63,375 bases of DNA, filler included, from Licmophora abbreviata (GCA_900291995.1; 8 parts of 8 records of this genome joined end to end with filler, not necessarily neighbours in it), one strand, 5' to 3'; shown: positions 44,995-58,124, counted from the first letter of the whole stretch. A program made the numbers and translations. Notes: generated from the sequence alone by a model not told the origin.

Positions 44995-47900
44995 TTACTC
45001 CCCTTCCTTGACCTTTTGGAGTAGCCAAGGAAGCTTTAGTTCCCCTTTGGGAAGCTTTCTCTCGTTCTTGAGTTTGTCGTAAACATCCACACACTTTCTT
45101 CTCGTTTCGAGAAGTTCCTGCACTTCCGTTTTCACAGACCACGTTGGATGGTTCTCGAGTGCGTTCATGACCAGTTTCGCGCTGTCCCAGTAATCCGTGC
45201 GACTCGAGAAGCCAGGACCCCTTTTCACTCCAGGTGGCAAGTAATAGAAATCACGTGGCCTTTTACCTACGTCAAGTTTCCATTTCAGCTTGCCTTCCAA
45301 TGTTTGCTTCCAAACAAGCTCCCAAAAGAGGAGATCGCAGATTCTCGTTCTTCCACCAGGCTTGTTGTCCGTTTTCTTTCTTGTCTTGACTGATTTCTTC
45401 TTTTTCTCTTTCTCGAGCCCGACTTGCTTGAGCATGACCTGGCTCTTCCCAGCTGCAAATGAACACACACCGTACGCTTCGCGAATCCCAGCATGGACAA
45501 TATGGGTGGCCGCTTCCAGGGGGGCATCAACGCGCCGACATAGCTCTTTCAGAGACCAGTGCCCAGTTGCGTAATAGTTTCCAAACGCATGAACAACATA
45601 GACAATCTGCCAGAGCAGATACCACGTTTCGTTGAGGGCGCCACCGTGGATCAGGCATGTTGGCTCTCGCGGAACGCCTGTCCGAAAGTCGTCACCTGCT
45701 GATCCGGCTGTTCCTCGCGTCATCACCACACACTCTGGAATTGCAATTTCTGAACTCGAGTTGAACTCTTGATGACGATTTTGCATCCGAAGCACTTCGG
45801 CGACAGCGGCAACGACAGGCATGGGGTCATCGGAATGTGTCCAGAACGCCGAGTCGTTTTCGCTGATCCCGTCCAACGACTCTAGACAAGATCCGCTAAT
45901 CACTCTATTCGACTCGAAAAGAGACTCGAACTTTAGCATCTCGATGATTCCAGCCTTCACCTCTTTACGGAGAGAGTCCGCAGCAGCCTTCGCTCGCTCA
46001 AGATAGCGCCCCGCAAGCTTTTTGCGCTCTATGGAGGTTGGATTCGAAGGCAAGGACCTAGTTAGTGCACAAAGATCGTCGCGCATAAGATCTCGTGCAA
46101 TCCTGCACCACCGCCGCTCGTCCAACGGAGAACGAAGAGTTTCACGCAGTGGGTACAGTATCTCTTCGCGCAATTCTCTCTCCAATGCAATAGAAGACTG
46201 GCACATAGATGATGCCATCCGAGGAGCGTCTCCAGGTGACATGAACTCGACAAACGTGTTCCAACGCATCTGGTGCGCCCACGTTTTGCACTGTGAGACG
46301 AGCCCATCCCATGGATAAGTATTGCACACTTCTGGTGGCTTTGTTCGCAGATCATCTAGCCGATCGCAAAAGCGGAGTCCAAGCCAATGGATTCGTCGGC
46401 GGGCTATGAGTTGCAACGGTGTGGGTAAACGCACGTTGCTGTCAAACAAAGCTCCGTTGTGGACCAGCGGCGCCAAAACCTCGGAGATTGGCTCCAATAT
46501 TTGCGTCACAGTGAACTCCAGGGCTTGGTAGGCACCGAAAAGATCCATACCTTCGATCATCTCGATGGTGCTAAAGCGCTCCCTGAAATTTCTTGTCAAT
46601 GCGGTCGGCTCGTGTCGGTCCGACTTGACTTCATTTCTGATATTCTCGAGCCCGTAGCCTTCACGCTCTCTGACGGGTTCGTAGAATAAATAATCGACAA
46701 TGAGTTCAACGCAGTCATCGAGTTCCATGGGTCTCTTTGGTTCAAAAATGTAGTCCACCGAGCGATCGCCTTCGCAGGCGTATACATTCTGTTCGCGCTT
46801 TAGCCTATCGTCGTGGCCACACTCATTTACATGAGTGGTAGCCATACGCCTTGCTGTTTGGTGCGGTTTTCCAGTCGCATCATCCGTTACATCGATGATC
46901 TGCTCTTGATCGTCTAGCTTCTCAGGGACAGCCGAACGAATACTGTACCGTCAAGAGAAGAGCCAATCAAAGAAATCCACAAGATTAGGCGGTGCGCCGA
47001 CTTTTTCACAAGAAACCGACGAAGCGTCACTCACCGCAGAGGGCTCTTCGTTGTAAACGAAATTCTTGATGTCAAAATTAGTCTTCGTTTTCCTGTCCTC
47101 CATTAGAAGTGGTCCGTAGTGTCCGAGGTTGATCACCCCACTCCCTTTCTCGTTGTGCCAAAAATTGGTGCCCGGAGAATCTTCGTAGTCAGACAATGTG
47201 TGGTTCAAAGCAGACCGATTTTTGGGCAGAAATAGAAGTCGAGCGGCTCCTCTTCGTCGTCGCTGTCGTCGTAGTGAAGGTGCTCTCCATAAAGAAAAAC
47301 CTCGACATCCCTGTTCTTGTATCTTGCTTTTACTGGAAAGCAAGTGTCCTTCACATAGATTGAGTTGTGATTGCGATGCAGATTCCGCCCAGACAGCTTG
47401 ACATCGATATCGAAGCCGAAACGTCCTTTTGCAACGAGATGTTCCATCGTCTTTGGCAGCAGCGTGTACCGCTCCTTCCTCTTCGTGCGAGAAACCCTCC
47501 TCTGTTCCTTCTTCAGCTTCTTCGCACCGAGATACGTAAGAAATGCGCCGTCGGCAGCCCCAGGTATTTGAGATTGGCGCACTTCGAGTCGAAAGTAGTA
47601 AAGCGTTTCTGAAAAGGGAACAGACAACATCGAGTGAGAAAGGGTGTCAAAGGGTATCGCCGCTCAAGAGAGTACTATCGCACGTTGAAGAAACTTGCCA
47701 TCGTGGTTGTTGAGGAGGGTAAACCACTTGACAGGTTTCCCGTCCTCATTTGTGCTGTGATGTGTCAGATGATCGACGGTACCTAAGTAGCCACGGTTAA
47801 ACACTTTCTTCGAAGTTGCCTTGTCGATCTCGATAGATCTTCTAGGGAGTTGTCTCGCAATTGTCGTTTCAGCTTCGTGAGGATGAAAATCATTCTGATC

Positions 47901-49542
47901 TGCGTACCTAGTAGGCTTTGTCCGACTCCGCCTCGAACCTTGTGCAGCAGCGCCTGCACTTGCTGCGGCTTCGAGTAACTTCCCTAGCGAGCTCTGATGC
48001 CGAGACGGAACCTTGCGTTCATCATCGGTAAAGACGTCGGCTAAGTCAAACGAAGAGTCATCATTGTAGAAGTCCTCAGTTTCTTGCTCCCTCTCGCGAG
48101 GAGAGTGGCTTGATGTGAGTGCATGTGAATCTTCTTCACCGGTGGGGGATCCACTACTGCCATCGATAGACGCTTTGTCGACAGCGGCTTGAGCGGGACT
48201 CTCTCTGGACTGGTCGGTATCAACGACATCGTCTTCAATCGGTGGGCTTACTGATGCTGACGATGCTACTGCTTCGGTGGGATTGGCCTCAGTCGCAGGA
48301 ATATCCTGCTTGATGATCGGGGGCGATATGCGGTTGTCAGCATCTTCGGTGGCACTCTGATCCCCCGCGTGTTCTGGCGTGTCTGGCGAAGATTCGAGCT
48401 TTATGGACGTTTTCAATGGTGAAAACATCTTCGCCGCACCCATCCGCTTTTTTCGCCGATTTCTGTTCCCCAACGGTACCAAAGCGCCTGCATCATACGC
48501 CCCTTCATCCAGAATTCGATGTTTCGCCATAGTTCTGGTCGGTGCCATCTTCATCGAAGGACGCATCGGGTGTCTTGGTTTCTGCCGAGCGTGTCCAGGA
48601 TGGGGGCTAGCTTTCTTGGTCGCTTGGGGCCGGCCCCAGCGAAGAGCCACCTTTTGCTGATCAAGCTCATCGTCACTGTCCATAGAAATATCAACAAAGC
48701 TAGTCTCCAGACTTGAGCGCATTTCGTCGCCGTGCTTGGCCGCAATGATTGGTCCAGTCGAAGAAGCTGGGGACATCCGTTCTTGCGACGAAGGCTTCGC
48801 CGTAGGTTTGCGATCATCGAGAACCTGCGGTTGCGAATTCGACCAACTTCCTTTAGACTGCTGTCTCTCTAATCTGTGTAATTGAGCAAACTGCTCGTCA
48901 TCGCTGCTATCAAAGCCTACAGACGTGTTGATGTCGGCCTTTCGCGCCACCCCACCGCGTCCGACCGACGACGCGTCACGACTACTTTCGTCCGAAGACG
49001 AGTAGACCGGACGTCCAAGCTTGTCAGGGGATAACGCAAGAGGTCCGGGGGCCTGTGGCATTTCATCACCAGTATCATCGTCGCTCGAAAGGAGATCAAT
49101 CATGCCGTTCGCTGCATGCCGTGGCGACGCGGCAGAGTTCTCCAGCTTTATGGCTACCGTCTCTTGTTTGATTCCATATCTTCCAACTCCAGTGGACAGG
49201 AGAACAGAAGGAGGGGGAACGCTGTCTGAGCCATCCGCCTTTTTGTCTGCTTCCTCGTCGCTCGTGTCGAGAGCAATAGCTGTGTCGGCCGAGCGGCCGT
49301 CTCTCGTTTGCGCAACAGATGACCACACCTCGACTTCTCCATCTCCATCGTCGTCCAGCACGATGCAGCCGTTTTCGCCAATTTTCGGGGACTTGCGATT
49401 CGGTGAGCTCGAAGGCTTCGTGGCATTCAAATATCGCCTGCGACAAAAGAGAAAATTACGTAAAGATCTCGGTCAGCAATCATCATCAGCATGAAATGCA
49501 TCACAGCTCTTGCTTTCTTGTGCTAACTACGTACCGCTTCAT
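44995..49542 (-). CDS. Large protein with disordered N-terminus and split, divergent SET-like domain; two apparent frameshifts
   Basis: MKR exon at 49542, phase-2 intron to 49438, GC-AG intron 47609-47698, intron ~46944-47034. SET-like LEVRQSQIPGAADGAF, HVNE...QNV and VELIVDY motifs. Confidence 0.55.
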
Positions 49543-49823
49543 TTTTCACTCTCCCAGGACGCAGCGTGTCTCCCAGTATGCCGTTCGACGCTAGACTGAA
49601 GCACTGGTTAGTGTGTTAGCACAATGGTAGTAGCAGCTTCGTGACGATCCGTCGCCCTGCTCACATACCGCTCAATGTTTGAGAAAGACGAGAGATGACG
49701 AGACGAGACGCGCTCTGAGGCTTATTTGTCGGACTCATTTCTAGCGTTTGAGCAGCTTCATAAAAATCATATTCTGAACAGATCATGTCTGATGGATCCA
49801 TGGACGCTCAGTTTTGCATCATC

Positions 49824-49923
49824 NNNNNNNNNNNNNNNNNNNNNNNNNNNNNNNNNNNNNNNNNNNNTTAATTAATTAANNNNNNNNNNNNNNNNNNNNN
49901 NNNNNNNNNNNNNNNNNNNNNNN
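49824..49923. other. Artificial contig spacer
   Basis: 44N-TTAATTAATTAA-44N. Confidence 0.98.
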
Positions 49924-51110
49924 TTTTTAGACAGCGCTACCTTTGCCATCTCCAACGCTCCTTCGTAGGTTTCATTCCCTCCAATGAACCCAGCGGCGTG
50001 ACAGAACGTACATCCTGGGATCCCCGCAAGCGTCGCCAGATCCTCATCACGAACACCACGCCATTCTGCGGGTAGACTCAGGCGGTTTTCGAAGCCGCGT
50101 CCCTCCACCGTCACTGCTTGCACGCGCCACAGACCTGCCAGATCTGTGTAGAGGACAAACTTGATCAAAGGATCCACAGTGTGCTCCTTCTCCAAGTCGT
50201 ACAAGTGGCTCCGCCACGGCAAGCCACCGCTCTCGAGCACAATTATCTCATCCGACGGGTCCGTGTCGTGTCGCTTTAGTAAAGCACGCTCCACAAAGGC
50301 TCTCGCCGGAATGTCACTTTCCACTACATGCACCATGACAGACACAAAGTCCTCGCCGCAAAGTTGGGATGCCATTTCAAACCGTTCGTTGTGGTCCGGT
50401 TTCCCACCAGTCGCTTCGTCGATTTCGTTCCAACGGGGGTTGAGACGACTCACACGGCGCGACAGGCCAGTTGCATCCTTGTAAAGCATCTCTACGCCCT
50501 TTGGGACGGGTTCCACGCCTGTATCGATCGCGTCCAGAGCCTCCAGCAAAGAGTCGTAGATGTTGGTATACGCCAGGTCGACATCGCTGTCCGACAGACC
50601 GGGATAGTAGGTACGGATAAGCTCCTTTCCGTAATGCCGATACACCAGGCCACTCGCTGACAGCTTTGTGCACCGTTCACTTTCGTCCTCGCCCTTCTTT
50701 TTCTCGAATCGTTCGTCGTATCCACGTTGATGGTGATCATAGCGCAGCTTGGAGTGGTCGTAGATTCCCCCAACATCAATCACAATATCCAACGTGTCAA
50801 GAAGTGTATTGTCTCGGGATCGGACAACTTTGCTATTCTGAAAAGCGGGCAGCTGACGTAACATCCAGACTCCCATAGCCTCGTCTGCCTGAAAGGTCCC
50901 TGAGTGCGTCCCAATGACCTTGCTGGAAACCACAGAGGGATCCAACTTGGTGCGTTTGAAAGGATTCGCGGAGGACATGGTGGTCAGTCTTCGTCGAGTT
51001 TGAAGAAAGGGTCGAGACGACACAAAAGCGGTCGTCCTGGCGACAGAGATAGATCCAAGGAAGAAAATGGTGGCGAGAGACTTGACAACCACTGCGAAGC
51101 TCTTTCTCAT
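49924..51110 (-). CDS. MYG1: MYG1 (UPF0160) DHH-type 3'-5' RNA exonuclease
   Basis: Motifs IGTHSGTFQADE, IDVGG, YDHHQR, KLSASGLVYRHYG, DAIDTG, LNPRWN, WRVQAV, FCHAAGFIGG. The stop codon is lost in the spacer. Confidence 0.93.
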
Positions 51111-51250
51111 CGTCAAAAAGTGAGGATGCTATGATGTGTGGTGGTCAAAGCCGTGGGATGGTCATACCGGATGACGGTCCGGCCGTCGCGCCATTTCTCT
51201 CAGTGCGAAATTGATGCTCGCAATTCATTTTCGTCGCGGATGGACTGACG

Positions 51251-52920
51251 ATGGTGACCACATCAGCCGCCTCAACAGGAAAGCAGCAAGGCGCTTCGGT
51301 CTCAGTTGTCTATGTCTCTAAAAGAAATGCTAGAACTGTCAAATTGGCACTTGAAAAGAAGGGTCTTCTTCACAAGAGTTTTCGGATGACGGCGACGTTG
51401 GGAACAGACTCGTCGGGGCCGCTTCCCGACGACACACGATCGTCATCGTGTATTGCCATTCCAGTTCACGAAGAATATTTTACGAAAGTTGATATGGTTA
51501 CTCTGAAGACATCTTTTGGACATCTCTCATTGTCGACCGGGGAGTTCAGTTTTGTCCGTACAGCTCTGGAGTATTGGGAAACAGAGGGATGACAGCGAAT
51601 GTCGGCGACACCTTGACGCGGGTTCAACAATCGCTCGTACGGGCTCTTGAGGCATGCAGCAGAGATCCATTCACAGAGTCTAGGCGACAAAGAATAACAG
51701 CCGAAGTTGCATTACTGCCAACTGCCGTCTGTCCGAAGAGATTGGAGTACATGGGGGACGACAGAACTCTTGTGATTCCACGAACAGCCTTCGATGTAGG
51801 GGACGACATATTTCGGAGCTTGCTGCGAGACGCATCGCGCGATCAGGATGGCAGCGACAGCACAAACTTCTGGCGAGATGCTTTCTGGAAATCCTTCGCT
51901 ACTAGCTTTGACAGTCCTCGTGTTGTTCGAAGGGGTGCTATTGATTCAAATAGTCGCATACGAGAGAGTGGCCATCGGCTCCTCTGGCCCGCGTACGGTG
52001 CACCAACCGAAACTGGTCCAAAGTCAGCCGGGTGGATTACAATAACCGAGCATGGCATTTCTCAGTCCTTTGATATGACCCGAGTCATGTTCAGCCGTGG
52101 AAACGTTACCGAGAAGATTCGATTTGGAAAGCAACTGGTGAAACCGAACGAGGTCGTGTTGGACATGTACGCTGGCATTGGCTATTACACTCTGCCGGCG
52201 CTGGTGCATGGAAAAGCGCGCCACGTTGTGGCCTGCGAATGGAACGAGCATGCAGCGTATGCTCTCCACTACAATTTACAAGCGAACGGTGTATCGAATC
52301 GAGCTTCTGTCCATGTTGGAGATTCCCGTGTCACGTGTCGTGACCATGGACTGACGGGCATGTTTGATCGCGTCAGTCTAGGCTTGTTGCCGAGTAGCGA
52401 AGGCGGCTGGCGTACGGGAGTTAAGGCATTAAGCAGAGATCGGGGTGGATGGNNNNNNNNNNNNNNNNNNNNNNNNNNNNNNNNNNNNNNNNNNNNTTAA
52501 TTAATTAANNNNNNNNNNNNNNNNNNNNNNNNNNNNNNNNNNNNNNNNNNNNGATGGATGCATATCCATGGGAATGTTCCGGACGATGAATTGGTGAACT
52601 GGAAATTGTGGATGTGTAGTCGGCTTTTGCAGTTTGTCAAGCAGGACGTGTCTTGTCGCAATTGGGTTGTTCTGTGTACCAATGTGCAGCGAGTCAAGTC
52701 ATTTGCGCCTCAGATACATCACTATGTTGCTGATGTGTTTGTTGGCCCTTCGAGCCGAATACCATGCACAACCGACTTGGCAAGTCATCGCGCTGGAGCA
52801 GTGCTAGCTGACGGTAGCTTTGAGAAGTGTCCAGATGTCATACAACCGCCCTCTTGTGCACTCAGTCATGACGGCGTGCTGAGTCAGGCGTGGATGATGG
52901 ACAACGACGGCGTAGTCTAG
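51251..52920 (+). CDS. TYW2: tRNA wybutosine-synthesising protein 2 (TYW2/TRM12, Met-10-like); apparent frameshift near 51495; spans a spacer
   Basis: Motifs EHGISQSFDMTRVMFSRGNVTEK, LDMYAGIGYYT, ACEWN, DRVSLGLLPSS, GGWMHIHGNV, VKSFAPQIHHYVAD. Confidence 0.85.
52453..52552. other. Artificial spacer inside TYW2
   Basis: 44N-TTAATTAATTAA-44N. Confidence 0.98.
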
Positions 52921-53382
52921 ATAGCCATGCTGTTCGAAGAATGGTAAGGTAGGACATACTCGTTCGTAGTCACATCAATCGATATTCGCCCCACACCGAG
53001 GATCTCAAAATGGTGTCGAAGGCATTCCCGCCGCGCGATGCAGTTCACAGACCGCGCGGTTTGATCATCCCGGCTCAGTACCCATCGTCGTCTTCAGTTT
53101 TGATGGAAGATTTGTCCTTCACAGATTCCGTATCTTCGTATAGAATCTACATCAAGCCTACAAAAAAAGGGCACTTTTGCAAGTTCAAGTTGAAGTGAAA
53201 TTGTAGATTTGTCGTAGAAGATAGTACAAAAGATACGAAATGCAGGACGATGTGGCGCCATCACTTTCTCTCATTGGATCGCATCAAGCATCATTAGCAG
53301 GAGAGAGAAGCATCACAGGGGGTGTTCACCGCTTCTTACCTTCTCCTTCGCCGTTTTGGGACTTAAATTGCCCTTCTTGACC

Positions 53383-56045
53383 ATGGTGACTCGACGGATC
53401 TCCTCGCTGCCATTGGCACTGGTGGTTTTGGTCGTTGCGATGTTTGCTTCGTTGTCGTCGGTGAGTCCGAGTTCTAACTGAGAAATATGTGAAGCAGGTT
53501 ACACGTGTGCTCTGCCGGATAGCCGGAAAGAATGCTTTCCGAGGTCGTGCCGAATCCAGTTGGCTGGACGATAGTTTGCTTTCATGATGACACAATCTCA
53601 TCGCTTCAGTTTTGTCCTGCTGTTCTCTACAGGTGCACGCGTTTTCCTTTGTTCCAAACACTCGAGTGTCCTATGCTTCGCGCCAATCTGTCGTTCCGAC
53701 CTACATGAGCGCCGTTTCCGATGAAACGTCAGAAGCCTCAAAAGCCGAGAAAGATGCGGAGGACCGAGCACGTGCCGTAATGGAGGCGGAAGCTGCCATG
53801 AATGCATCGCCGAAGAATGATGTTGGAGTCGGAATCAAAGATAGTAAGCTCATGAATTTGGGCGGCCGTCCCTTTCCTCTTTCCATGGTTGTGGGGCAAG
53901 ACAATATCAAGCAAGCTCTGCTTCTTGCGGCAGTCAACCACCGCATGGGAGGTGTAGTAATCTCCGGAGGAAAAGGTACAGCCAAATCCATCATGGCTCG
54001 TGCTCTTCATCAACTCCTTCCGCCAATCGAAGTGATCAAAGGTTCTCCCTTCAACATCGACCCAGAAGGCGAGTTTGGCCTTGATGACTTTCTCAAGACT
54101 GAAATGGATAACGGCGGCATGCCACTCGAGGAAAGAGAGACAGAGATCATTCCCTGTCCTTTTGTTCAGGTTCCTTTGAACGTCATGGAAGATCGTCTCA
54201 TCGGAAGTGCCGACCTCGAAGAAAGTGTCAAGAGCGGCAAGACAGTCTTTGCTCCAGGACTGCTCGCCAAGGCCCATCGCGGTGTACTATACGTAGACGA
54301 TATTAACCTTCTTGACGAAGAAACGGCAAACATTCTCCTCAACGTCGTTACGGAGGGCTATGTCACGGTGGAGCGCGAAGGAATCTCGCTCAAATATCCT
54401 TGCCGGCCGCTGCTGATCTCCACCTTCAACCCCGACGAAGGCGAGCTTCGCGATCATCTTCTTGATCGAATTGCTGTTGCTTTGTCAGCTGATGCTGTTA
54501 AATTGGACATTTCGCAACGTGTGGAGGCTGTGACGAGTGTGCTCGATTTTGCGGGATCCGGAAAGCAGGGAACCGAAGAAGCTGAGACCGCACTGAAAGA
54601 GGCAATCGAGAACGAAGAGGATTTAAAAACTGCTATCGTTTTCGCGCGTGAGTACATTCGCGACCTGAAGATCGCCCCGTCTCAAGTTCAGTACCTTTGT
54701 GAAGAAGCGATTCGTGCCGGTTGTCAGGGGCACCGTGCCGAGATTTTCGCGTCCGAGGTCGCACGAGCTGGCGCTGCATTGGAGGGCCGACAGATCACTA
54801 GTGAGGACTTGAAGTTGGCCGTCAAACTTGCGATTGCACCGCGTGGCACATTCATCCAGACGCCGATGGATCAGGATGAGATGATGCCTCCCCCACCACC
54901 GCCTCCGCCTCCTCCGCAGATGGATGAACAGAACAACGATCAGGACCAGGAAGATCAGGACGAAGATGAAGACATCGAAGAGCCAGACGAGGAGGACGAT
55001 GATCGTGAAGACGAAGCTCCTGATGTTCCGGACGTTCCACAAGAGTTCATGTTCGACGTTGACGCGACTCCCATGGACCCGGATTTGATTGATTTCGCTA
55101 GTCGAGAACGAAGCGGCAAGGGCGGAGGACGTGGTCTTATCTTCTCTCAAGATCGCGGTCGTTACATTAAACCTATGCTCCCCAAGGGAAAGGTCACCCG
55201 TCTTGCTGGTAAGTCTACTTGACTGGCCGCATTTGACGAGCCTTATCTTCCCTCTGTACTGACACGTTCTATTTTTCTACTGCAATTTAGTCGATGCGAC
55301 ATTGCGCGCATCAGCACCGTACCAAAAATCTCGAAGGTCTCGCGCAGTGGGGACAAAACAGGAGGGTAGAGGCGTGCATATCGAAAACTCTGACGTGCGA
55401 ATCAAGAAGATGGCCCGTAAGGCAGGTTCGCTAATTATTTTCGTTGTCGATGCTTCTGGGTCGATGGCGTTGAACCGAATGAATGCCGCAAAGGGTGCAG
55501 CCATGAGCCTGCTGACAGAGGCATACCAAAGTCGAGACCAAATCTCACTGATCCCTTTCCAGGGTGAAGCTGCGGATGTGTTGTTGCCTCCCACAAAGTC
55601 GATTGCGATGGCCAAGAAACGATTAGAGCAAATGCCTTGCGGAGGAGGCTCTCCTCTTGCACACGCTCTGCAGTCAGCCATGCTTACTGGAATCAATGCT
55701 CAGAAAAGTGGTGACGTTGGTAAGGTGGTGGTTTGTCTGATCTCGGATGGACGAGCGAATGTCCCTCTCTGTACGTCAATGGGAGAGGAATTTGACCCAG
55801 AAGCTGACGAGGATTCCAAGGATGGAAAACCCAGTCGTGGCTACTTGAAGGAAGAGGTCATTGCTTGCGCCAAACAGATGGGCGTGCTTCCGGGATTCAA
55901 CCTTTTGTGCATCGACACTGAGAATAAGTTCATCTCAACAGGTCTTGCGAAGGACATCGCCGATGCAGCAATGGGTAGATACCACCAGATTGTCAAGGCC
56001 GATGGCAACGCTATCGCAAGCGTCACGAACCAAGCTCTGAACGAG
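53383..56045 (+). CDS. CHLD: Magnesium chelatase subunit D, nucleus-encoded with bipartite plastid presequence; last codons lost in the spacer
   Basis: Exons 53383-53460, 53633-55208, 55291-56045. Signal peptide ...VHA|FSF; AAA+ GGKGTAKS; poly-Pro/acidic linker; vWA DASGSM. Confidence 0.95.
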
Positions 56046-56145
56046 NNNNNNNNNNNNNNNNNNNNNNNNNNNNNNNNNNNNNNNNNNNNTTAATTAATTA
56101 ANNNNNNNNNNNNNNNNNNNNNNNNNNNNNNNNNNNNNNNNNNNN
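56046..56145. other. Artificial contig spacer
   Basis: 44N-TTAATTAATTAA-44N. Confidence 0.98.
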
Positions 56146-56223
56146 CAAGTCTAGCTAAGTGTCTTTATTTCGCGGGACTTTATAGAAACGTTGTTTTCTC
56201 GACTGTGAGTTGCCGCCTTGAAT

Positions 56224-58124
56224 CTAGTGACTTGGCTTAGATTCTCGTTCCTGTAGCCCATGGCGTTTCACAGGCGCTGGTAGGGGGATGACAACATTTT
56301 CTGCAGAGCGGTACTCGTCGGCTGGTCCAAAAAGACGGGGTCGACCGACGGATTCTCCTATCTTTCCGATAGACACAGCCACCGAGCTACTTGTACCCAA
56401 AGCCGACAATGATACGTAAGGCGTCCCAAGAGAAAACTGGTCTAAGGATGCAACTGACTGGATCTCAGACTTCAAATCTTTGGAGGTTGTTCTAGAAGTA
56501 GAGGTAGTCACCGCCGTCCCAGAATATATCATGCTCGTTTTGTCTACATGTGACTCCATTGCGAGATCAGCCAGTGACATTGTCTTAGGAAACATCGCGA
56601 TGTGAAGGGAAGGGATAAAGGATTCTCTCGGGAGCGAACTCATCGCTGTCGTCACGACGCAATGATTGCAGTTCTGTTCTGCGTTGATATCGAGTGTCGT
56701 CCCACTACTTTGCTGCAACGCATTGAGCGCCACTTGGGTAAGGTCACTAGTCTCTTTCATGGCAGTCTCAAGACTATTTTCAGTGTCTTTTCGACTCCTT
56801 ATCGGTTCAGCATGCTGAAGCTCCTTCAGCAGTGTTTGCACACGCGCCTGGCTTGGGACAGACAACGTGCTTGCACAGCTACGACCGACAGATTGAAGCG
56901 GCCCAACTGCTTCTCCACCACAATGCAGGGATTCCAGCTGCATCGGTACAAGGCTTCCACCATGTGTTGCGACCGCCATCCATGTGCGACTCTCGTCTGA
57001 GACAGTCGCGATGGAGGCAATATCCTTGCGCATAGCAAGTTGAAATGACGTGGAAGGAATCTCCCCTGCGAGATTGTGGTCCATCAGTACGAGCGCATGC
57101 GTGGACCCATCTGAGCTGGTAGCGACAAGACCGTAACGACTTTCACCGAGTAGCGTTTTTCGAGCATCGCAATTGTCCGTACTACCAATAAGTGCTGCCG
57201 ATGTCCATACTCGACCAGAAGGCAGCCCTGGGACGATTCTTCGAAATGGCATTCTGCGCCCGACAATCTCCACGGCACCATGCGAATTAAGCGCCAGAAG
57301 TGTACAAGAGGGAGAGCACAGAATTGCCACGATACGCGCGTTGCACCGATTGACGTAGCCCATCAACTGGGCGTGGCCGATCATGCCGCGATTGTCGACG
57401 ATACTTGTTCGAATCGAGCCGTCAGCAAATCCGAGAATTATCAAGCCTCTTGGCGACCCAGCAACTACGTTGCCTAAAAGGTCCTTCAACAGTTTCGTGC
57501 CAGCCTGTTTCTGATCGACAAATAGGACGGTAGTAATAGGAACGCGCACATACTCCAATCCCGGGACATCTTGCGCTTCACAGAAGGTATGAGAATTGTT
57601 GCTTTCTTCATGTCGTATTGTGATGAGAGTTGGAGGCGACAGAGTCGATCCAGCTACAATCCAAAGGTGGTAAGAATTGGAGAAGCCCTCACAGTGACTT
57701 AAAATAGTTGCTCCCATCATGTTCTGTCCCGCAGTATCTCTTGAACGGCTTCATCCTGCTGGTGAAGCCGTCGCGGCTCATTGGCGTTTGACAAGTTCTC
57801 GAGACGAGCATACCATAGACGTCCGTCTCTTGTTAGTACCAAGATGGAATTTCCTTCTCCGTCGAAACACGCGTTTTCAACTGTACGATCAAACTCAATC
57901 GTCAGCCTCCTAGGGCACGCCCACAAATCACCGTCTCTCCATGAGCTGTCATGCGACACGACATAACAAAGGTACCCAGAAAAAGATACAGTCGAAAGAG
58001 TTCGACTTTTGTCATCGAAATGAATCGAAACACGCCCAGCTGCTATGTTCGGTACCTCAAGGAACGATGAAATAGAACCGTGCACTGTTTTGATTGCTTC
58101 ACTGGAAGCAAACGACGTTGCCAT
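56224..58124 (-). CDS. Hypothetical beta-rich (propeller-like) protein split into two abutting ORFs
   Basis: ORFs 57717..58124 and 56224..57720 overlap by ATGA. Strand-turn motifs ILVLTRDGRLW, IILGFADGSIR, LLALNSHGAV, VATSSDGST. Confidence 0.45.

Noticed and set aside
12936..56145. Seven identical TTAATTAATTAA palindromes as a dispersed repeat, insertion site or CRISPR-like repeat
   Set aside because: Each is centred in 88 Ns to give exactly 100 nt; this is a synthetic six-frame stop linker.
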